This document shows positions 35,503 to 41,791 of a stretch of DNA of 41,791 nt, piece by piece (within the stretch, counting starts at the first letter, position 1; each line of letters begins with the position of its first letter). Origin of the DNA: a virus. Taxonomy: Duplodnaviria; Caudoviricetes. The notes under the pieces were generated by a model. That model searched no databases, was not told the origin of the DNA, and saw only the letters and a program-made list of their open reading frames with translations. The stretch covers positions 1-41,791 of the IMG/VR virus record IMGVR_UViG_3300037420_000858. One strand, given 5' to 3'. The translations under genes and the position numbers were made by a program.

Positions 35503-36265
35503 TGATCTTCTCCCCTCGCTTGGACTTGTCATTGAGAACGCGGTACAGATCGAGCACGGCGTTGAAGTCGTCGATCGTGAACGGGCTGCGCTGCACCTCG
35601 GAGTCGCCGTCCTCGCCCAGCCGCACGACGTGGCCCTCGACTGGCGAACCCTCGGGGATGTATCCGCACTCCACCGCCGCGTCGATATACGCAGCCGTCT
35701 GGATCAGGTGGCTCGGGTGGATGCCCTTTGAGGTCTTGTAGTCTGCTACGACGTACACCCCGTCAGGACGCTTCGCGATCAGGTCGCACGTGCCAGCGAA
35801 CAGATGCTTCGTGGAGAACAGCCGCGCCTCGACTGCGACGATCTCCCACTCGGCCACGTCGAATGCCGTGTACCACTTGACCAGCGCGTCGACATACCCC
35901 CGACTGGCATTGGTGCCCGAGGGCAGATCCTCCAGCTTGCCATCGCGCAGCAGGACTTCCGCGACGTTGTGAACGTCCGTGCCTCGAGCGCCAGCCGCCT
36001 TGAGGAACTTGTGCGGTGCGTGGTTGGTCTGCTTCGCGGCCTCGTACAGCGCGTCGAAGTTCTCGGGCAGCTTGCCGTCGTACCGCTCGACGAGGTACTG
36101 CGCGGCCTTGAGCCCGAGCTTGAAGCCGTGCCAGTCAAGACCTGGCTTGGGGAGTGCGCCCCCGAGGATGGTCGTGACACTAGGCACGGTGGTTTCGGTG
36201 CCGTCGTCCGCGACGTGGACGTACTTGCGGCCCCTGCCCGTGGTGACTTGCTTGATCTCCGCCAT
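35492..36265 (-). CDS. PD-(D/E)XK (Cas4/RecB-like) exonuclease
   Basis: VPSVTTIL, RGTDVH, FAGTCDLI, DYKTS and QTAAY. Confidence 0.88.
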   Translation of the reverse strand: MAEIKQVTTGRGRKYVHVADDGTETTVPSVTTILGGALPKPGLDWHGFKLGLKAAQYLVERYDGKLPENFDALYEAAKQTNHAPHKFLKAAGARGTDVHNVAEVLLRDGKLEDLPSGTNASRGYVDALVKWYTAFDVAEWEIVAVEARLFSTKHLFAGTCDLIAKRPDGVYVVADYKTSKGIHPSHLIQTAAYIDAAVECGYIPEGSPVEGHVVRLGEDGDSEVQRSPFTIDDFNAVLDLYRVLNDKSKRGEKISVD

Positions 36266-36375
36266 CAGCCGCACACCAGCCCGTCAGGCGAGTACAGCGC
36301 GTTGGCAGCCGTGACGAGCGACGCGGCCACGATGATGACGTACATGACGACGACAGCGGTTTCGAGGCGATTCAC
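36265..36375 (-). CDS. Single-TM peptide (36 aa)
   Basis: GTGA and TGATG coupling; hydrophobic. Confidence 0.45.
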   Translation of the reverse strand: MNRLETAVVVMYVIIVAASLVTAANALYSPDGLVCG

Positions 36376-36611
36376 GATGCCGCCCCCGAAGCGAAGCGAA
36401 CCCGCTTAGCCAGATCCGACACAATCTCCTCGTACGCGTCAGCGTTGCCCGAGTAGAAATCGATGTCACTGTTGGCAAGCTTCTCGGCTGCCGCGTCGAG
36501 CAGGATCGCCGCCGCATCGAGTTCGGTGGCCGCCCTAGCCATCAAGTCCTTCGCCTCAGACACGGCATCCTTGCCGGACCCTTCTCCCTTGCATGTACCG
36601 CAGCACCCCAC
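36372..36611 (-). CDS. Hypothetical protein, first gene of the recombination/replication arm
   Basis: GGAGGGG RBS before GTG 36611 (an alternative start at 36563 is possible). Confidence 0.55.
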   Translation of the reverse strand: MGCCGTCKGEGSGKDAVSEAKDLMARAATELDAAAILLDAAAEKLANSDIDFYSGNADAYEEIVSDLAKRVRFASGAAS

Positions 36612-36645
36612 CGGATCTCCCCTCCGATTACTTGCAACAGGGAGC

Positions 36646-36762
36646 ACTCTACCCACCGCGCTACCGACTTACTACCTACTCGATGTGGTATTCGGTAGAT
36701 TCAGTGGAGAACAGGTAGCGATGGACGGTTCGCCTACTACCGACCCGTAGACATACACGCGG
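36646..36762 (-). promoter_or_regulatory. Control region of the leftward early arm
   Basis: TAGAGT -10 at 36646-36651; three CTACCGA boxes; CGCGTGTATGT element. Confidence 0.5.
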
Positions 36763-36892
36763 GCGTGAATTCTAGCGCGCGCTCAGAGGGGCCTGAGAGC
36801 CATTCTCCGGGCACGCGAGGCCAAATAGGTATCGACCTACCAGCAAGGGCTCACATGCGAGACGCTCACGCCCGAGACTCTCCCTCAACGAC

Positions 36893-36920
36893 GAAAGAAC
36901 CCCCGCCGAAGCAGGGGCTC
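36893..36920 (-). terminator. Terminator ending the late/lysis transcript
   Basis: GAGCCCCTGC-TTCG-GCGGGGGTTC-TTTC. Confidence 0.75.
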
Positions 36921-36953
36921 AATCGCGCGTAAAAGTATCCGTTATGACTCGTT

Positions 36954-37154
36954 CTAGTATCTGCCCGGCGTGCCCCGGTATGTACTTACTCGCCCGAGCT
37001 GCTCGATCTCCTCAGGCGCGTTCGCCGGTTGCATGGGGACCCAGCGGACCTCAGTACACCTCGACGGACCATGCGGCGCATTCGCCGGGTATCCGATCGC
37101 CAACCACGTCTCATACCCACACGCCTTGCAACGCGAATACACAGCATCAATCAC
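36954..37154 (-). CDS. Hypothetical protein (CKAC)
   Basis: GTGA overlap; ends before the terminator. Confidence 0.5.
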   Translation of the reverse strand: MIDAVYSRCKACGYETWLAIGYPANAPHGPSRCTEVRWVPMQPANAPEEIEQLGRVSTYRGTPGRY

Positions 37155-37942
37155 GCCGAACCCCCCGCCGCTGACCACTCCATCTTCGACCCCTTCGACC
37201 AGCCCCCACAGGCCCGACAACGGAATCGCTGATACGCACGCGTCGCCGTATACGCGAACCCACGACGCTCCAGCTCCTCATGCTCCGCGCCACACTTGCC
37301 ACAGCCAGGCTCGTCGCGCGGCCCGCCGATCAGCGCCATGTTCACCTTCGCAGGAACCCACGGCTCCAGCTTCTCGTGCAGCGGCTCGAGCAGATCCACG
37401 TCCTGCCGGCAGTAGCGGCTCATCATCGCCCACGCCTTGCGCCGCACCTCGGGCTCCACGTTATCGTCGAGGCATCGACGCCACAGTGAATGCCCGCCGT
37501 TCTGGACCTTCGTGTCCCCGATCAGCACGTCCGCCACGTACGCGAGCTTCTTGCTGGGGAAGCGGAAGTTCTGCTTGACGATCTTGAACAGATCCAGCGA
37601 CACGCACGGGCTCGGCGGGGCCATGCCAGCCATCGCGAACTCCCCTTGCAGGATCTTGAGATCGAAGCCGTCGCCGTTGTACGTGACCACGACATCCGCC
37701 TCGTCGAGCAGGGCGTGGACCCTGGCCAGCATCGCCTCGTACTGATCCAGCTCGCCGCTCGCTCCGTTGTAGATCCCGACCCACTTGGCCTTAGCGCCGT
37801 GTCGCCACTTGTAGCCGAAGCCAATCGTCTTACTGGCCTGCCGGAGCTGCGCGAGCCCGACGTTCTGATTCCAGAGGCTCCACACGTCCGCCACGTTGGG
37901 AGACGTTTCTATATCGAGGTAGAGCACCTTCACGTCAGTCAT
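37151..37942 (-). CDS. RNase H-fold 3'-5' exonuclease (YprB/PolB-exo-like) with zinc ribbon
   Basis: YLDIET, VVTYNGDGFDL and YCRQDV; C-terminal CGKC...CRAC. Confidence 0.85.
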   Translation of the reverse strand: MTDVKVLYLDIETSPNVADVWSLWNQNVGLAQLRQASKTIGFGYKWRHGAKAKWVGIYNGASGELDQYEAMLARVHALLDEADVVVTYNGDGFDLKILQGEFAMAGMAPPSPCVSLDLFKIVKQNFRFPSKKLAYVADVLIGDTKVQNGGHSLWRRCLDDNVEPEVRRKAWAMMSRYCRQDVDLLEPLHEKLEPWVPAKVNMALIGGPRDEPGCGKCGAEHEELERRGFAYTATRAYQRFRCRACGGWSKGSKMEWSAAGGSA

Positions 37943-38123
37943 CGTCGCCCCCGTACCACGTCATCTCGTACTGCGTAGGCAGGAACCGCTCCGGCCCGAA
38001 CTGCACATCTGGTCGAGGTCGACTGCGAATGTGAATGCCCTCGCGGCTCGCGCGGGTCACGATCACCAACTCGCCAGTCTCGCCCAGACTGAGCCGATCA
38101 CCCGGCCTGAAATAGTCACCCAC
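37935..38123 (-). CDS. Small SH3-like hypothetical protein
   Basis: GGGAG RBS; FRPGDRL pattern. Confidence 0.5.
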   Translation of the reverse strand: MGDYFRPGDRLSLGETGELVIVTRASREGIHIRSRPRPDVQFGPERFLPTQYEMTWYGGDDD

Positions 38124-38307
38124 GCTTGCTCCCCCCGAAGCGACCCGGACTGCCGCCGCCACCCGGCACCGGATTCAGATTCACCGCCCACACACGACGA
38201 AGCACGCCCTCGCAGCAAGGATTGGCACAAGCCTCGCCATCCTCGAAAGGAAGCTCGACCTCGACCACCTCGCCGCAGAGGGCGCACCTAGCATCGACTA
38301 CAGCCAT
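38116..38307 (-). CDS. FmdB-like zinc-ribbon protein
   Basis: RCALCGEVVEV...C..CCEGVLRRVW. Confidence 0.6.
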   Translation of the reverse strand: MAVVDARCALCGEVVEVELPFEDGEACANPCCEGVLRRVWAVNLNPVPGGGGSPGRFGGSKRG

Positions 38308-38308
38308 G

Positions 38309-38455
38309 TCACGCAGCCTTGTCGCCGCGACCGACCACCGTGCCCGCCAGTACGACCAGCGCAGCCGGCAGATCCTTGTCACCCGTCGCGATGTTCACGA
38401 CCACCGCCGCGACGATCGCAAGACAGGCCAGCACGTTGTATCCATTCCTCGACAT
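38309..38455 (-). CDS. Putative holin (2 TM, 48 aa)
   Basis: Two hydrophobic helices directly after the endolysin; GAGGGG RBS. Confidence 0.6.
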   Translation of the reverse strand: MSRNGYNVLACLAIVAAVVVNIATGDKDLPAALVVLAGTVVGRGDKAA

Positions 38456-38490
38456 CGGTTCCCCCTCAGTTGTGTTCGACCCAACTATCA

Positions 38491-39024
38491 CTACAGCTTG
38501 TCACCGTCATGGCAGGTGAAGATCGGACCATGCGCCGCGATCTCCTCCGAGTGACGAATCAGGAACGGCCCGCGCTCCTGACCGTGGCTCCACACCAGCG
38601 GGTCCTTGCCGGCCTTGTAGACCACGACGACGTGAACACCTGACCCGCGCCCGTAGATGATGAAGTCGCCGGGCTTCACGTCCTCCAGCCGAGTGCTGGG
38701 CGTGGCCAGCCGCAGCGTCCCCGTGTATCCCGAGCCGTCGTAGTCGCGACCGTTCGGGTCGGGTCGGCCAGCCGCGCGGTAGAGCTGCGTCGTGGTAGCC
38801 GAGCAGTCAGCACTCAGCGGCAGCTTGCGATCGCGGATCGCATTCGGGTTGAACGGACGCTCCTGGAGGTAGTGGATCTGTGGCTCGTTCGCGAGTCCCC
38901 AGTCCATCGCCTCGACGATACGCACGCGCCACGTCGGCAGCTTCTTCCAGCCACGCCGCCACCGCTTCGGATGCGAATGCTTGATACGCACCCACACGCG
39001 CTTGTACTTCGGTTCCTTCATCAC
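38491..39024 (-). CDS. NlpC/P60 peptidoglycan endopeptidase (endolysin)
   Basis: ADCSA catalytic Cys; PGDFIIYG; HVVVV; SHG. Confidence 0.8.
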   Translation of the reverse strand: MMKEPKYKRVWVRIKHSHPKRWRRGWKKLPTWRVRIVEAMDWGLANEPQIHYLQERPFNPNAIRDRKLPLSADCSATTTQLYRAAGRPDPNGRDYDGSGYTGTLRLATPSTRLEDVKPGDFIIYGRGSGVHVVVVYKAGKDPLVWSHGQERGPFLIRHSEEIAAHGPIFTCHDGDKL

Positions 39025-39224
39025 TTCCCCCCGTAGTAGTCGATCAGTGTGTTCACGCCGCCAGTCAGGATCGCGGTAGCCACCGCCGTCTTGACCATGA
39101 AAACGTTGAGCCGTTCAGCCAGGTTCTTGACCTCTGCGACGAGATCGCGGTGACCGTCCTTGAGGTTGGCGACTTCCACTTCAAGCCTCGCGATGCGGAC
39201 CTCGGGTGACTCCTCGGGGCTCAT
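39021..39224 (-). CDS. Lysis-cassette membrane protein (coiled coil plus TM)
   Basis: RIARLEVEVANLK coiled coil with a hydrophobic C-terminus. Confidence 0.6.
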   Translation of the reverse strand: MSPEESPEVRIARLEVEVANLKDGHRDLVAEVKNLAERLNVFMVKTAVATAILTGGVNTLIDYYGGK

Positions 39225-40150
39225 GCGAACCGCCCCTTTCGCTTAGGGGCTCGCAATGATCGTGCTGCATGGAGGTGGTCGTCGTGACCAGCCACAGTCA
39301 TGCCTTCGATGAGCTTGCCGTCTTTGATGCCGAAACCGGCCGGGTTATAGAAGAACTCCGAGAACTCGCCCGGATGCTGCCGCGCGTACTCCGCAAACCG
39401 CTGCAACGCCGCCGGGCTATTGGTCGCATCCCCGAAGTCGACCGCCTCTCCGCGATAGTGGTACGAGCCCGGCGCGTGGTGGCCGCCCGTGGTCTGCTCG
39501 ACACCCTGCACGTTCAGCCCGAACTGCTTGCCGAGCCGCATCACATCCTTATACGACCCGGCCTGCCCGCGCTTGTGCGTCCAGTTGAATCCACCAGCGG
39601 GAGCCGTCGTGCGTCCGCTAATCGGAGCCCGTGTGTCCGATCCCTGCATCAGCAGCATCCGCACCATCGGGCTACGACGCTCAAGGAATCCGGGCGGCAG
39701 ATCCAACCCCGGCGCAGGCATGGCCGGTGAGGACCCTGAGGGGGCTTGAGGCGCGACGCGAGCAGGCTTGGCATGGTTGATGCCCCCGAGCATCCCCTTC
39801 GCCTTGCCGTACGTGGACCACGCCGAGCCCTTGCCATTCGCGAACGCCCACGAAGCGGCCAGCGCCTGAGCGCGAGGATCGCGCCAGTCCATCGGGATCC
39901 CCTGCCACGCCTGCGGGTTCGCTTCCCGAGCATGACGAGCATACGCGGTGAACGTGTCCTTGATGAACTGGAACGGGCCGCCCGAGGGATGACCCGCCGC
40001 CGCATTCGAATCCCACGTATTCACATCAAACGTGGTGCGTCCCGAGTTCTCGAGCTGATTCACCGCACGAAGCAGGCGATCATCCGTCCCGTAAGCCTGA
40101 GCCGCGAATGCAAGGAAGTTGTCGTAAGCCGAGGCCATAGTTGGGTTCAC
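39221..40150 (-). CDS. Virion-associated muralytic enzyme: lytic transglycosylase plus M15-like zinc peptidase
   Basis: ENSG...NTWDSNAAAGHPSGGPFQFI (SLT-like); SYHYRGEAVDF...HDDHLH (H-x6-D...HxH). Confidence 0.8.
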   Translation of the reverse strand: MNPTMASAYDNFLAFAAQAYGTDDRLLRAVNQLENSGRTTFDVNTWDSNAAAGHPSGGPFQFIKDTFTAYARHAREANPQAWQGIPMDWRDPRAQALAASWAFANGKGSAWSTYGKAKGMLGGINHAKPARVAPQAPSGSSPAMPAPGLDLPPGFLERRSPMVRMLLMQGSDTRAPISGRTTAPAGGFNWTHKRGQAGSYKDVMRLGKQFGLNVQGVEQTTGGHHAPGSYHYRGEAVDFGDATNSPAALQRFAEYARQHPGEFSEFFYNPAGFGIKDGKLIEGMTVAGHDDHLHAARSLRAPKRKGRFA

Positions 40151-40169
40151 CCAAACCTAAGGGTTGCTG

Positions 40170-40203
40170 AAACAGTAGCGGCGGGTCCCTCACATACACG
40201 CGC
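40170..40203 (-). promoter_or_regulatory. Putative late promoter, copy 2
   Basis: CGCGCGTGTATGTGAGGGA-N6-GC-TACTGT-T; matches 19986-20019. Confidence 0.55.
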
Positions 40204-40219
40204 GAGGTAGCATTAGGGC

Positions 40220-40375
40220 ATGGATCCGCTCGTCGCTTTCACCAAGTACCGACACGCCACGACCTGTCACGGCTGGTGGGCCTGCCTCGGCGGAGGCGAA
40301 CAGGTCGCGCTCATCGTCGGCGGGCTGGTATGCGTCGCCGCGATCATCGTGGCGCTCATCATCAAGAAGGGCTAG
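40220..40375 (+). CDS. Counter-oriented small membrane protein (51 aa), superinfection-exclusion candidate
   Basis: MDPLVAF...VALIVGGLVCVAAIIVALIIKKG; TAGCAT -10 six nt before the ATG; not in the ORF track. Confidence 0.55.
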   Translation: MDPLVAFTKYRHATTCHGWWACLGGGEQVALIVGGLVCVAAIIVALIIKKG

Positions 40376-41664
40376 GCACCCCTCGCCGCACGAGCCCGAG
40401 CCGCATTCACATCAAGCGTGCGCAGCGGCACACCGAAATACGATGCGAGCGCATTCCTGAACGACGGCTCAAACAACGGGTCGTAATCCAGGCCCTCACG
40501 CTGCGCCTTGCGCTGTTGCAGCCACTCATCAAGCAGGCGCTTCTGCGCGAACGAGTTGCCGCCCTGCTTCGCGAGCCGCTGCACGAACGACATCTCACCC
40601 TTCGGGTCAACCTCGCCGCCATAGAAGAAGTCCCGGTTGGCCAGCGCCTCGAGCGGAGCCTTCAGCAGCGGGTTGAACTGGGCCAGCGGGTTCTGCGCTC
40701 CCTGCTGGCGGCCGGGCAGTACCGCGCCCGACATCATGCCCGTCAGATCCGCAGGCGTCATAAACGGGTTGAGACCCTGCGTGACCAGCGCGGTATCGCC
40801 CTTCAGGCCAACCATGCCCTGGAGGAATCGCGGCAGATCGCCGTAGCGTTCCTCCACAGCATTGAGCCCCTGCTGGCCAATGTTCGCACCAATCGCAGCC
40901 TTCACCGGCTCATCAGCAACGAGCCGCGCCGTGCGCCTCGAGATGCCCTTCATCCACGCATAGAACGGGATGGCTCGCTTGACGACGCTGCGCTCGAAGT
41001 TCGACAGATCGGAGAAGTCGATCATGTCCGCAAGCACGCGCTCGGTCACGGTATCCGCGAACTGCTCGTTGTTCCAGAGCGCCCTAGCCGCGTCCCCCCA
41101 GCTCGTACCGGGATGCGCCTTGCGGTAGCTCGCGACATGCGGCTTCATCTCCGCAATCCACGCAGCCTTACGCGTGTGATCGTCAGTCAGCTTCGCGTTC
41201 AGGTTGCCGAGGAAATCCGAGACGCGACGCATGCCACGGGTGACGACGTTGCCGCCCATGCCCGCCAAGTCCGCGAGGGATTCATGCGCCCACGAGAAGT
41301 CCGTCAGCTCCGGCACGAGTTCATCGACGACCTTGCCCTTGCGGCCGAACTGCTCGACGTACGCCTTCACGCCGCGAGCGCCATGCGCGACCGCGAGCAG
41401 GAGCATCTGGCCGACGAAGTTGTTGACGATCCACGCCGGACGCAGGTTGAGCGTCAGCGACCGCCACACGCGCGTCGGAGCATCGATCCACTTGCGCACG
41501 AAGTTGCTGGCCCGCTGGAACTCGCCCGCGACCTCGGAGTAGAACTTCACCGGCACCACAGGCACGAGATCGGTCTTGCCCGCGAACGTGCTCGGCGCGA
41601 CAAAGGATTCCTCGAGCGCCCGCAGGAACGACTCGTATCCGGGTGTACCCTCCAGCACCGAGCG
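40372..41664 (-). CDS. Large internal virion/DNA-ejection protein, C-terminal part
   Basis: Contains DFSDLSNFERSVVKRAIPFYAW and NPLLKAPLEALANRDFFYG, motifs typical of large podoviral internal proteins; last of three ejection-type genes. Confidence 0.7.
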   Translation of the reverse strand, partial: RSVLEGTPGYESFLRALEESFVAPSTFAGKTDLVPVVPVKFYSEVAGEFQRASNFVRKWIDAPTRVWRSLTLNLRPAWIVNNFVGQMLLLAVAHGARGVKAYVEQFGRKGKVVDELVPELTDFSWAHESLADLAGMGGNVVTRGMRRVSDFLGNLNAKLTDDHTRKAAWIAEMKPHVASYRKAHPGTSWGDAARALWNNEQFADTVTERVLADMIDFSDLSNFERSVVKRAIPFYAWMKGISRRTARLVADEPVKAAIGANIGQQGLNAVEERYGDLPRFLQGMVGLKGDTALVTQGLNPFMTPADLTGMMSGAVLPGRQQGAQNPLAQFNPLLKAPLEALANRDFFYGGEVDPKGEMSFVQRLAKQGGNSFAQKRLLDEWLQQRKAQREGLDYDPLFEPSFRNALASYFGVPLRTLDVNAARARAARGA

Positions 41665-41791
41665 GCCCTGCTCAAGGATGCGATAAACGCCGTCGATCTC
41701 CGGCTTCAGCGCGTCACCGATGACCTTCCACTCGCCCGACGCGGCCAGCTCGGCAGCTTCCTTCGGGCTGACCATGTGCGCGTACCCGAGC
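41665..41791. repeat. Terminal direct repeat (right copy)
   Basis: Identical to 1-127. Confidence 0.95.

Noticed and set aside
35492-36265. CRISPR-Cas component
   Set aside because: The Cas4-like nuclease is paired with ERF as a recombination module; no repeat-spacer array was seen anywhere in the window

Overview
The window is an apparently complete, circularly permuted temperate phage genome. Bases 1-127 are repeated exactly at 41665-41791, giving a unit length of 41,664 bp. It is GC-rich, and the attP matches an actinobacterial-type tRNA-Val(GAC), so the host is probably an actinobacterium (inference). The gene content is podovirus-like: TerS/TerL, portal, scaffold, SU10/DUF5309-like major capsid, adaptor, nozzle, tail fibres and three ejection-type internal proteins (one split by the contig ends), with no tail tube or tape measure. 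It also carries a lytic-transglycosylase/peptidase, an NlpC/P60 endolysin and a holin. The replication/recombination arm has a PD-(D/E)XK exonuclease, ERF, a resolvase, GroES, a prim-pol, a DnaD-like protein and DnaB. An XRE repressor is embedded in that arm, followed by a tyrosine integrase, attP and an excisionase. The most unusual feature is in the rightward early operon (21.0-23.0 kb). Its intergenic regions carry three mini tRNA-like folds and a clean H-type pseudoknot. Paired (G)CAACCACCA boxes flank three start regions, and a downstream hairpin displays the exact antisense of that box in its loop, which together suggest an RNA-based control system. All protein calls come from motifs recognised by eye; no searches were run.
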